Shown one piece after another: positions 1 to 7,869 of a DNA stretch of 53,315 bases. The position numbers and the translations under genes are program-made. Source of the stretch: Clostridia bacterium (GTDB lineage: Bacteria > Bacillota > Clostridia > Oscillospirales > QAMX01); NCBI GenBank assembly GCA_017533425.1, contig JAFXIE010000109.1:1-53315 (forward strand). Reading direction: 5' to 3'. Below the pieces are notes generated by a model. The model was not told where the DNA came from. It worked only from the letters and a program-made list of their open reading frames with translations, and made no database searches. Each line of letters opens with the position of its first letter. Position 1 is the first letter of the stretch.

Positions 1-88
1 TATCATTAATCTCATTTGTCATTTTTTCGCAAACGATAGATATTTCAGTTTCCTTTATATTGGGGTCTTCAACAATTGTAACCTTCAA
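1..88 (-). CDS. LytTR-type transcriptional regulator, N-terminal fragment (gene runs off the left edge)
   Basis: TTG at 88-86 with GGGAG 8 nt upstream. It reads MKVTIVEDPNIKETEISIVCEKMTNEIND, which resembles N-termini of small stand-alone LytTR-domain regulators of Firmicutes as I recall them. Only 29 codons are visible. Confidence 0.35.
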   Translation of the reverse strand, partial: MKVTIVEDPNIKETEISIVCEKMTNEIND

Positions 89-119
89 AAAAACATCTCC
101 CTTCCTTTGTTGTAGCTCT

Positions 120-148
120 GTTATACAAGACTTAAAAATAAAAGTCAA
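120..148 (-). promoter_or_regulatory. sigma-A-type promoter for the LytTR-like gene
   Basis: Minus strand: TTGACT (148-143), 17-nt spacer, TATAAC (125-120). Confidence 0.4.
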
Positions 149-244
149 GCGATTTTTCTTGTCTTGCAAATGTACGAGGGTAAGATGCATTTTAATAGTT
201 TGGAGTGTAAAAAGATTGACGTACCTGCTTTATCGCAGGTACGC

Positions 245-267
245 CAAGGCGTGCTTTTTGCTTTGGA
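245..267. repeat. distal copy of the tRNA-Gly-proximal junction sequence
   Basis: caaggcGtgctttttgctttgga at 245-267 versus caaggcCtgctttttgctttgga at 804-826 (22 of 23 identical). Confidence 0.8.
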
Positions 268-331
268 AAGGTTGTACAAATTCGAAGTGGTTTGAATTTT
301 TGACCTATGTGTTCGAACCTCTACAGTTTTT

Positions 332-506
332 AGTGATATTCTGTTCTAACGAACAGAGTGATATTTTCGCGTTGCGAAAGTGATATTGAAACCTGCGGTT
401 TCAGTGATATTATATTCGCCATAAAACTGGGCGAAGCCCAATATCACTCGGCTTTAGCCGAATATCACTGCGTAGCAATATAACTCGCCGAAAGGCGAAT
501 ATAACT
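332..506. repeat. mirror-symmetric array of eight 9-nt motifs with hairpin spacers
   Basis: AGTGATATT at 332, 357, 379, 403. Exact reverse complement AATATCACT at 440, 461. Variant AATATAACT at 477, 498. Each spacer is self-complementary. Confidence 0.9.
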
Positions 507-507
507 G

Positions 508-539
508 AAAAACCGACTTGTCAAAACAAGTCGGTTTTT
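508..539. terminator. bidirectional rho-independent terminator-like hairpin
   Basis: Perfect 13-bp stem aaaaaccgacttg / caagtcggttttt with loop tcaaaa. The A-run and T-run lie inside the arms. Confidence 0.7.
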
Positions 540-540
540 C

Positions 541-822
541 TGGAGCGGGAAACGGGATTCTGAACCCTGCCCGTTCGCTAACGCGAAGGGCATAAATTTG
601 CTTGCGCAAATTACAAGGCGATTTCTGCTTACCCAGTTGCCACTCCAAAGCAAAAAGCAGGCACAAGGCCTGCTGAAAGCAGAGGAAGGAAACGGGATTC
701 TGAACCCTGCCCGAACGCTTGCGCGTTGGGCATAAATTTGCTTGCGCAAATTACAAGGCGGCTTCTGCTTACCCGGTTGCCACTCCAAAGCAAAAAGCAG
801 GCACAAGGCCTGCTTTTTGCTT
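541..822 (-). repeat. two tandem ~140-bp units (541-680, 681-822) carrying copies of the tRNA-Gly 3' end
   Basis: Unit 1 starts tggagcgggaaacggg, identical to the first 16 nt (plus-strand text) of the tRNA-Gly gene at 823. Both units share the hairpin aaatttgc-ttgc-gcaaatt and a terminator-like hairpin. Confidence 0.85.
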
Positions 823-825
823 TGG
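785..825 (-). terminator. terminator hairpin directly after tRNA-Gly
   Basis: ccaaagcaaaaagcaggc-acaa-ggcctgctttttgctttgg, a long perfect inverted repeat overlapping the CCA end. Confidence 0.7.
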
Positions 826-897
826 AGCGGGAAACGGGGTTCGAACCCGCGACAGCCTGCTTGGGAAGCAGGTGCTCTACCACTGAACTACTCCCGC
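823..897 (-). tRNA. tRNA-Gly (anticodon CCC), CCA encoded
   Basis: Sense strand is gcgggagtagttcagtggtagagcacctgcttcccaagcagg...gggttcgaaccccgtttcccgctcca. Anticodon loop is ttCCCaa. The acceptor gcgggag pairs with ttcccgc. Confidence 0.95.
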
Positions 898-912
898 GTG
901 GGAACATTATCT

Positions 913-941
913 ATTATACTGCGAACTTTTGCATTTTGCAA
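913..941 (-). promoter_or_regulatory. promoter of tRNA-Gly
   Basis: Minus strand: TTGCAA (941-936), 17 nt, TATAAT (918-913), about 15 nt upstream of the tRNA 5' end. Confidence 0.6.
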
Positions 942-1045
942 GAGGGTCTTTTCGACAAAAGCGGGCGGGACACAACGGCTTGCGGCAGGAAGGGACAAAA
1001 TCTGCATATATTGTGCAGGTGCGCCAAACAATCCCGGCCTTTCTC

Positions 1046-1075
1046 TTGACAAGCTATGGCGGGATGGTGTAAAAT
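1046..1075 (+). promoter_or_regulatory. candidate promoter of rny
   Basis: TTGACA (1046-1051), 18 nt, TAAAAT (1070-1075). Confidence 0.4.
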
Positions 1076-1126
1076 GTATCTGTACCATTGCATTTACATA
1101 GATTTGGAGGAAACAAGCTTAAAAAA

Positions 1127-2680
1127 ATGGATACAGCAATTTGGATACTGATTCTTGTGGCAGCCGCAGCTGTCGCAGCCGTCGTCAGTTTTGCCGCCGG
1201 CGTCGCCTATCGCAAGAAGGTCGCGGAGAAGGAAATCCGCGGCGCTGAAGAAGAAGCCACCCGCATCGTCAATGAGGCCGTCAAGGCCGCCGAAGCCAAG
1301 AAGCGCGAAGCCCTCGTCGAGGCCAAGGAGGAGATCCTCCGCACCCGCAATGAGGCCGAGCGCGAGATCAAGGAGCAGCGCGTTGAGCTGCAGAAGCAGG
1401 AGCGCCGTCTCCAGTCCCGCGATGAGCTGCTGGAGCGCAAGTATGACAACCTGGAAGCCCAGAAGGCGCAGCTGGAGCAGAAGCTGAAGGATGCCGACGC
1501 CGTCCGCGAGGAGGCCGAGCGCCTGAAGAAGAGCGAGCTGGATCTGCTGGAAAAGATCTCCGGCTATTCCCAGGAGGAGGCCAAGCGCTACCTTTTGGAG
1601 ACCCTGCAGTCCGCCGTGGAGCATGAGGCTGCCCTCAAGATCCGTGAAATCAATCAGAACCTGAAGGACACCGCCGAGCAGAAGGCCAAGGAGTATATCT
1701 CCCAGGCCATCTCCAAGTGCGCCTCCGACTATGTCAGCGAGGCCACCGTTTCCGTGGTGCCCCTGCCCAATGATGATATGAAGGGCCGCATCATCGGCCG
1801 CGAGGGCCGCAATATCCGCGCCCTGGAGACCCTCACCGGCGTCGATCTCATCATCGACGATACCCCGGAGGCCATCACCCTCTCCTGCTTTGACCCCGTC
1901 CGCCGCGAGATTGCCCGCCTTGCCCTGGAGAAGCTCATCTCCGATGGCCGCATCCATCCCACCCGCATCGAGGATATGGTGGAGAAGGCCCGCAAGGAAG
2001 TGGAGGCAACCATCCGTCAGGAGGGCGAGCGCGCCATGCTGGAGGTGGGTATCCACGGCATGAATCCCGAGCTCATCCGCCTCATCGGCCGCCTGCACTA
2101 CCGTTCCAGCTACGGCCAGAATGTGCTGCGTCACTCTCTGGAGGTTGCCCACCTCGCCGGCCATCTGGCCTCCGAGATCGGCGCCGATGTGATGCTGGCA
2201 AAGCGCGCAGGTCTCCTGCACGATATCGGCAAGGCCCTTTCCCACGAGGTCGAGGGCTCCCATGTCGACATCGGTGTGGATGTCGCCAAGAAGTACCGCG
2301 AGCATGAGGAGGTCATCCACGCCATCGCCGCCCACCACGGCGATGTGGAGCCCACCACCGTCATTGCCTGCCTGGTGGATGCCGCCGACGATATCTCCGC
2401 CGCCCGTCCCGGCGCCCGCCGCGAGAACATCGAGGCCTACATCAAGCGCCTGGAGAAGCTTGAGGAGATCGCCTGCAGCTTCAAGGGCGTTGAGCGCTCC
2501 TTCGCCGTTCAGGCCGGCCGCGAGATCCGGATCCTGGTTCGTCCCGAGGAAGTCAGCGACGACGGTCTTGTGCTGCTCGCCCGCGATGTGGCCAACAAGA
2601 TCGAGGCTGAGCTGCAGTACCCCGGCCAGATCAAGGTCAACATCATCCGCGAGAACCGCGCCGTCGATTACGCAAAGTAA
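1127..2680 (+). CDS. rny: ribonuclease Y
   Basis: N-terminal TM helix, long coiled-coil (E/K/A-rich), KH domain ([15 protein letters not shown]) and HD domain (LLHDIGKA). ATG at 1127 chosen over the upstream TTG of the ORF track. Confidence 0.95.
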   Translation: MDTAIWILILVAAAAVAAVVSFAAGVAYRKKVAEKEIRGAEEEATRIVNEAVKAAEAKKREALVEAKEEILRTRNEAEREIKEQRVELQKQERRLQSRDELLERKYDNLEAQKAQLEQKLKDADAVREEAERLKKSELDLLEKISGYSQEEAKRYLLETLQSAVEHEAALKIREINQNLKDTAEQKAKEYISQAISKCASDYVSEATVSVVPLPNDDMKGRIIGREGRNIRALETLTGVDLIIDDTPEAITLSCFDPVRREIARLALEKLISDGRIHPTRIEDMVEKARKEVEATIRQEGERAMLEVGIHGMNPELIRLIGRLHYRSSYGQNVLRHSLEVAHLAGHLASEIGADVMLAKRAGLLHDIGKALSHEVEGSHVDIGVDVAKKYREHEEVIHAIAAHHGDVEPTTVIACLVDAADDISAARPGARRENIEAYIKRLEKLEEIACSFKGVERSFAVQAGREIRILVRPEEVSDDGLVLLARDVANKIEAELQYPGQIKVNIIRENRAVDYAK

Positions 2681-2697
2681 GCAGAAGAAAAACACTG

Positions 2698-2733
2698 CGG
2701 CACCGCCCGAAAGATCTCCGGGCGGTGCCGTTT
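2698..2733 (+). terminator. hairpin between rny and ymdB (weak terminator or attenuator)
   Basis: 12-bp stem cggcaccgcccg / cgggcggtgccg followed by only TTT. Confidence 0.45.
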
Positions 2734-2761
2734 GCATAAGTCAGGTTGGGAGGAAAAGGAA

Positions 2762-3541
2762 ATGAATATCCTCTTCATGGGCGATGTGGCCGGGGAAAGC
2801 GGCCTGCGGGGGCTTGAGAAGACCCTGCCGGAGCTTCGGCGCACCTACGGGGCGGATCTGACCCTGGTCAATGGGGAAAATGCCGCGGGTGTCGGCATGA
2901 CGCCGGCGCAGGCCGAGCGCATTTTTTATGCCGGAGCCGATGTCATCACCCTCGGAAACCATGCCTTTGACCGCCGGGAGATCCTCAATGTCATCGATTC
3001 CGATGCGCGCATCCTTCGCCCGGCAAACCTGCCCCGCCTGCCCGGCCGCGGCAGCGGAATTTTTGAGGCAAAGCACAGAGATGTGGGCGTTTTGGTGCTT
3101 TCCGGCCGCGTTGGCATGGATTACAGCCCGGACAATCCCTTCATCACGGCGGAAAAAGAGGTGGCCGAGCTGCAAAAGAGTTGCCGGGTGATCCTGGTGG
3201 ACTTCCACGGGGAAGCAACCAGCGAAAAGGTGGCCATGAAATTTGCCCTCGCCGGCAAGGTTTCCCTCCTTGTGGGCACGCACACCCATGTGCAGACGGC
3301 GGATGAGCAGATCTGCAGCGGCACGGGGTATATCACCGATCTTGGCATGTGCGGGCCGGAGGAATCGGTCATCGGCGTTGATCCCGCCTGGGCACTGGAG
3401 CAGTTCCGCTGCGGAAAGGCCTTTACCGGCAAAAACTGGCCGGAGGGAGATGCCGTCATCAGCGGCGTTTTCTGCGAGATCGGCGATCATGACGGAAAAT
3501 GTGTGCGCATTGCGCGCATTTTGAAGACAGTAAAGCTGTAG
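2762..3541 (+). CDS. ymdB: YmdB-family metallophosphoesterase (2',3'-cyclic-nucleotide phosphodiesterase, TIGR00282-like)
   Basis: MNILFMGDVAGESG...VNGENAAGVGMT...GNHAFD motifs. Conserved position downstream of rny. RBS GGGAGG. Confidence 0.9.
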   Translation: MNILFMGDVAGESGLRGLEKTLPELRRTYGADLTLVNGENAAGVGMTPAQAERIFYAGADVITLGNHAFDRREILNVIDSDARILRPANLPRLPGRGSGIFEAKHRDVGVLVLSGRVGMDYSPDNPFITAEKEVAELQKSCRVILVDFHGEATSEKVAMKFALAGKVSLLVGTHTHVQTADEQICSGTGYITDLGMCGPEESVIGVDPAWALEQFRCGKAFTGKNWPEGDAVISGVFCEIGDHDGKCVRIARILKTVKL

Positions 3542-3551
3542 GACAGATATC

Positions 3552-4229
3552 ATGGAAGAAAATTTGATTGCCCTGGCGGAGGCTCTCCGCCGGGAGGTGG
3601 AAGCCCTCTGCCGCGAGATCGGGCGGGATCCCCGAGAGGTGACGGTGCTTGCCGCTACCAAGGTGCAGTCGGCCCAGCGGGTTCGCGCCGTGCTCCCCTT
3701 TGTGGATGCTTGCGGCGAGAACCGCGTGCAGGAATTCTGCGAAAAGTATGATGCCGGGGCATATACCGGCAAGCCGGTGCATTTCATCGGCCATCTGCAG
3801 ACCAATAAGGTGAAATTTCTGGTGGGTCGGTGCGATCTCATCCAGTCGGTGGATTCCGTCCGGCTGGCAAAGGCCATTTCGGATCGCGCCGCGGCGCTGG
3901 GGATCGTGCAGGATATCCTCGCAGAGCTCAACATCGGCCGGGATGAAAATAAGACCGGCTGCCTGCCGGAGAATTTGCCGGAGCTCCTTGCCGCCATCCG
4001 GGAGCTTCCCGGTCTGCGCCTGCGGGGGCTGATGTGCGTCCCGCCCCGCGGCACGCCGGAGGAGACCGCCCCCTGGTTTGCAAAAACCCGCGAAATTTAC
4101 GAGACCTACGCCCCGGAATGGGGCTTTGACACCCTCTCCATGGGCATGAGCGGCGACTGGGCCGCAGCCATCCGGGAGGGAAGCACCCTCATCCGTGTCG
4201 GCACCGGCATTTTCGGGCCGCGCGGCTGA
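3552..4229 (+). CDS. YggS-family pyridoxal-phosphate homeostasis protein
   Basis: GENRVQE and HFIGHLQTNKVK motifs; 225 aa. Confidence 0.9.
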   Translation: MEENLIALAEALRREVEALCREIGRDPREVTVLAATKVQSAQRVRAVLPFVDACGENRVQEFCEKYDAGAYTGKPVHFIGHLQTNKVKFLVGRCDLIQSVDSVRLAKAISDRAAALGIVQDILAELNIGRDENKTGCLPENLPELLAAIRELPGLRLRGLMCVPPRGTPEETAPWFAKTREIYETYAPEWGFDTLSMGMSGDWAAAIREGSTLIRVGTGIFGPRG

Positions 4230-4259
4230 CAACGCTTAACCAAATATAAAGGAGACACC

Positions 4260-4745
4260 ATGAGAAACACTGCGAAAAACCTTGCCCGGGCTGCTGTGCT
4301 GGCGGCCATCATCTTCTGCCTGACCTATTTTATCAAGATTCCCTTTCCCGGCGGCTATGTCCATCCCGGCGATGCAGGCATTCTGCTGGCGGGACTGTGG
4401 CTGCCGCTGCCCTGGGCAGCAGGAGTTGCCGCCGTGGGCGCAGGCCTTGCGGATCTTGCCGGCGGCTATGCCGTTTATGCGCCCATCACCTTTCTGACCA
4501 AGGCGGCGATGGCGCTGGCGGCGGGCGCTGCAATGAGAAAAAAGCACACCCTCGCCACCTTCTGCCTTGCCGGTATTGCAGCGGGTATTGTCAACGTGGC
4601 GGGCTATTTGATTGGAGACTGGATCCTTTCCGGAAATGCCTTAACGGCGCTGGCCTATGCGCCGGCAAATGCCCTGCAGTCCCTGGCGAGCCTCGCCATC
4701 TTTGTTGTGGCGGCAAAGCTTTTGGATAAAAAAATCAGGTTTTAA
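4260..4745 (+). CDS. ECF-transporter S-component-like membrane protein
   Basis: 161 aa, about 5 hydrophobic helices, G/A-rich. The family call is by overall resemblance only. Confidence 0.6.
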   Translation: MRNTAKNLARAAVLAAIIFCLTYFIKIPFPGGYVHPGDAGILLAGLWLPLPWAAGVAAVGAGLADLAGGYAVYAPITFLTKAAMALAAGAAMRKKHTLATFCLAGIAAGIVNVAGYLIGDWILSGNALTALAYAPANALQSLASLAIFVVAAKLLDKKIRF

Positions 4746-4769
4746 TACAAAACAGAGGAGAAACAGGAT

Positions 4770-4931
4770 ATGAAACGGGTTGCCTATGCCATCGGCGCCG
4801 GTGTCGGCGGAGGAATCATCGGGATCTTTGCGGATCAGCTCAGTACCCCCATCGGCGCAAATATGATGGTGCTCGGAGTGGCGGTGCTGGTTTTCTGCGT
4901 GGTTAAGAGCAAATCGGCTTCGGGAAAATAA
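4770..4931 (+). CDS. small membrane protein (53 aa), absent from the ORF track
   Basis: ATG at 4770 with GAGGAG 9 nt upstream. Reads MKRVAYAIGAGVGGGIIGIFADQLSTPIGANMMVLGVAVLVFCVVKSKSASGK. High-GC codon usage like its neighbours. Confidence 0.5.
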   Translation: MKRVAYAIGAGVGGGIIGIFADQLSTPIGANMMVLGVAVLVFCVVKSKSASGK

Positions 4932-5016
4932 AGCAGATCCGAATTACAAAATGAGGCACGACATTTTTTAAGTGAACTCCAAAGTGTAGACGGAATTAAG
5001 CATTAACTTGCCTGTG

Positions 5017-5050
5017 AATGAGTTCGGTATTGCACCGAACTCATTTTTTT
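5017..5050 (+). terminator. rho-independent terminator
   Basis: 11-bp stem aatgagttcgg / ccgaactcatt followed by a T7 run. Confidence 0.85.
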
Positions 5051-5095
5051 AAAAGAGATTCTATAGGCTCCGCTGCCTTTTCATGCAGCGCCCTA

Positions 5096-5124
5096 TTGAA
5101 GTGTTTTTTCCAAGCTGATATAAT
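5096..5124 (+). promoter_or_regulatory. promoter of the low-GC three-gene island
   Basis: TTGAAG, 17 nt, TATAAT (5119-5124) with TG at the extended -10 position. Confidence 0.5.
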
Positions 5125-5151
5125 AAAAAAGATATACGGGGAGGATTGACT

Positions 5152-5874
5152 ATGGAATTTCAGAACAAAACCGTCATAATTACAGGCGCATCTGTTGGAA
5201 TCGGCAAGGCGACGGCCATCGAGTTTGCAAGATGTGGCGCAAATGTATGCATTGTTGATATCAATGCCGAAGGACTTGATACACTTGCCGGGGAAATCAA
5301 AGCAATTGGAGCAAATGTATCATCCTACATTTGTGATGTGAGCGATGAGGAGAGAGTACGCGGGATAACGCAGGAAATCATTGCCCGATACAGAAAAATT
5401 GATATACTGGTTAATAACGCAGGGCTTTGGAGAGCGTGGAAGCCATTTGCAGAAACAACAAGCGATGAATGGAAGAAGAAAATAAGCGTAAACATTTTAG
5501 GCCTGATGTATTTTACCCATGAGGTTCTTCCGAATATGATCGAAAACGCGTATGGCCGGATTATCAATATCGGCTCGGTTGCGGGGGTGTACGGCAATGC
5601 GAACATGGCCGATTACTCAATGACAAAGGGTGCGGTAAGCTCATTTACAAAAGCGCTGGCAAAAGAGGTTGCCAACAAAGGAATTACAGTAAACAATGTG
5701 GTTCCCGGAAGTGTCAGAAATGAGGGAACAGGTCGCGAAACAGAGCTTTGCTACATGGGCAGAAATGGAGAATTGGAAGAATATGCATATCTGATTTGCT
5801 TTTTGGCCAGCAATAAGGCGGCATATATTTCCGGGCAGGATTATCAGATTGACGGTTGCAGAAAGAAGCTTTAA
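5152..5874 (+). CDS. short-chain dehydrogenase/reductase (FabG-like SDR)
   Basis: TGASVGIGKA cofactor motif, NNAG, and the YSMTKGA catalytic Y-x3-K. ATG at 5152 with GGAGG 7 nt upstream. Confidence 0.9.
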   Translation: MEFQNKTVIITGASVGIGKATAIEFARCGANVCIVDINAEGLDTLAGEIKAIGANVSSYICDVSDEERVRGITQEIIARYRKIDILVNNAGLWRAWKPFAETTSDEWKKKISVNILGLMYFTHEVLPNMIENAYGRIINIGSVAGVYGNANMADYSMTKGAVSSFTKALAKEVANKGITVNNVVPGSVRNEGTGRETELCYMGRNGELEEYAYLICFLASNKAAYISGQDYQIDGCRKKL

Positions 5875-5978
5875 AGGGAAAAGAGCAAATTATAGATTTT
5901 ATTCTGTGTATGGCAGCGGATAAAGGTCAGCTTATAAATGGCAAAAAAACCATGGCCGAGGGCAGGAGGCGCGGATAT

Positions 5979-6773
5979 ATGAAGCCTACATTTTCAACTC
6001 AAAGTCGCCCGTTGATTGCAGGTATGATATTGAGGGATGATCCCGACAGCATCATATTTGCGGTAAAGAATTCCATCCGTGATGGGGCGGACTGCCTTGG
6101 CATACAGTTGGAATACCTGAAAAAAGAATATAAAAGCGAAGAAATCTACAAAAAGATTTTTGCTGCGTGTTCCGGGCTCCCAATATATATAACCAACTAC
6201 CGGGGAAAGGAAAACAACGGGTGTTCGGACCGGGAAATTTCAGACGAACTTCTGATGGCACTCTCCTGCGGTGCAACACTCGCTGATGTGCCGGCAAGTT
6301 GGTTTGATTCAGATAGCGAAATGGGCATAGGTCTTGAGCTTTCCATGAAACAATCTGCCATTGATAAGCAGATGCATTTGATTGATAAAATTCATCAAAT
6401 GGGCAAGGAGGCTTTAATGTCATCCCATGTTCTAAGGTTTATTTCGGCAGAAACTGTTCTGGAAATTGCCTGTGAACAACAACGAAGAGGTGCCGATGTT
6501 GTTAAAATTGTAACAGCGGCAAATTCGGACGAAGAACAAATGGAAAATTTAAGACTAACCACGCTGTTAAAAAAGGAGTTAAAGGTTCCGTTTTTGTTCT
6601 TATCCTCCGGCACACATTCTAAAATCCATAGAATGATCGGACCTCAGCTTGGTTGCGCGGCTTACCTTGCGGTCAAAGAGCATGATGAACGCGCGATTAT
6701 CACGCAGCCCACAATCCGGGCGGCAAAGGCTGTACGGGATCATCTTGATTTGTGGTCGGATTCCGCAGTTTAA
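5979..6773 (+). CDS. type I 3-dehydroquinate dehydratase-like protein
   Basis: AroD-like pattern. Candidate catalytic His in MSSHVLRF and Schiff-base Lys in GADVVKIVTAANS. ATG at 5979 with AGGAGG 9 nt upstream. Confidence 0.65.
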   Translation: MKPTFSTQSRPLIAGMILRDDPDSIIFAVKNSIRDGADCLGIQLEYLKKEYKSEEIYKKIFAACSGLPIYITNYRGKENNGCSDREISDELLMALSCGATLADVPASWFDSDSEMGIGLELSMKQSAIDKQMHLIDKIHQMGKEALMSSHVLRFISAETVLEIACEQQRRGADVVKIVTAANSDEEQMENLRLTTLLKKELKVPFLFLSSGTHSKIHRMIGPQLGCAAYLAVKEHDERAIITQPTIRAAKAVRDHLDLWSDSAV

Positions 6774-6785
6774 CAGGAGGTATAT

Positions 6786-7763
6786 ATGAAAGCAATACTT
6801 GTAAATCAGGATAAGAGCTTAAGGTGGGATGAGGTTCCGGATCCTGTTCCTCTCGAAGATGAGGTTTTGATAAGGGTTGAATATGCGGCGCTGAACCGTG
6901 CCGACCTTATGCAAAGAGAAGGGGATTATCCTCCGCCCGCCGGATGTCCGGAATGGATGGGGCTTGAAGTTTCGGGCGAAATTGTTGAAATGACAGAGGG
7001 CGCGAAAGCAAAATCAAGTTACAGAATCGGTGATAAGGTATGCGCACTGCTCGGCGGCGGCGGTTATGCAGAATTTGTTGCTGTCAGATATGATATGTGT
7101 ATGCCTGTGCCCCAAAACTGCACCATGGCGGAAGCAGCGGCAATTCCGGAAGCCTTTGCAACGGCATATTTGAAGCTGTTTGTTGAAGGCCATGCCAAAG
7201 CGGGAGATACATTGCTTATGCAGGCAGGTGCAAGCGGACTTGCCAGCGTTATTATCCCCATGGCAAAGGCATTTGGCTTGCGGGTGATCACAACGGTCAT
7301 CCGTGATCCGGAAAGCATTCGGCATCTTGGTGCTGACCTCGTGGTTGACACAAGAGAGCAGAATTTGCCTGCAATACTCAAAAAAGAAGAAGATGAAGGC
7401 AGAGCCGTTGATATTGCGATAGACTGCCTTGGCGGTCAGAATCTTGGCGATTGCCTGCCGTATGTGAAATACGGATGCCGTTGGATTGTCATTGCGGCGC
7501 TTGCCGGAGCAACTGCAACCGTTGACCTGAAAAATATTTACAAAAAGAACATCAGAATCATTGGCAGCACACTTCGCTCGCGCACGCCGGAAATGAAAGC
7601 TGGAATTCTTTCCGGCCTGGTCAATGAAGTTTGGAAAAAGGTGGCGGATGGTGCGATAAAGCCTACCGTATATAAGGTTCTCGCAATTACAGAGGCCGAG
7701 GAAGCACACGACATTCTTTACCGCGGCGAAAACATTGGCAAGGTCATACTGAAGGTACGGTGA
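6786..7763 (+). CDS. NAD(P)H:quinone oxidoreductase / zinc-type alcohol dehydrogenase superfamily (MDR)
   Basis: LIRVEYAALNRADLMQREGDYPPP and GASGLAS Rossmann motif; 325 aa. Confidence 0.85.
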   Translation: MKAILVNQDKSLRWDEVPDPVPLEDEVLIRVEYAALNRADLMQREGDYPPPAGCPEWMGLEVSGEIVEMTEGAKAKSSYRIGDKVCALLGGGGYAEFVAVRYDMCMPVPQNCTMAEAAAIPEAFATAYLKLFVEGHAKAGDTLLMQAGASGLASVIIPMAKAFGLRVITTVIRDPESIRHLGADLVVDTREQNLPAILKKEEDEGRAVDIAIDCLGGQNLGDCLPYVKYGCRWIVIAALAGATATVDLKNIYKKNIRIIGSTLRSRTPEMKAGILSGLVNEVWKKVADGAIKPTVYKVLAITEAEEAHDILYRGENIGKVILKVR

Positions 7764-7828
7764 AGATCGCTGCATTAAGGCCGCAAAAATTTGCAGGGAA
7801 GGGTTAATCCATTCTGTTGGCAAAAACG

Positions 7829-7869
7829 GATATGCACCCCAAAAGCGTCTGGCTTTTGGGGTGCATATC
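7829..7869. terminator. bidirectional terminator between convergent genes
   Basis: 18-bp perfect stem gatatgcaccccaaaagc / gcttttggggtgcatatc. Confidence 0.8.

Noticed and set aside
60-383. 107-aa plus-strand ORF in the AT-rich left edge
   Set aside because: No RBS. The sequence is cysteine- and phenylalanine-rich and runs through hairpins and the first copies of the 9-mer motif, so it is more likely non-coding.
332-506. CRISPR array
   Set aside because: The repeat is only 9 nt and the spacers are 7-28 nt and self-complementary. The repeat flips orientation midway, and no cas genes are in the window.
541-822. Whether the two ~140-bp units are additional functional tRNA genes
   Set aside because: They keep only the 3' acceptor strand and a degraded T-arm. 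No matching 5' acceptor strand, D-arm or anticodon arm could be drawn.
454-1101. Several 66-119-aa ORFs on both strands across the tRNA-Gly repeats
   Set aside because: They read through the tRNA gene, the duplicated tRNA 3' ends and the terminator hairpins. The repetition of peptide strings (CLLFALEWQ...) simply mirrors the DNA repeat.
1094-2737. 547-aa ORF antisense to rny
   Set aside because: It is the exact shadow of a well-supported gene in GC-rich DNA. The translation is Gly/Ala/Leu/Asp-rich low complexity with no RBS or recognisable domain.
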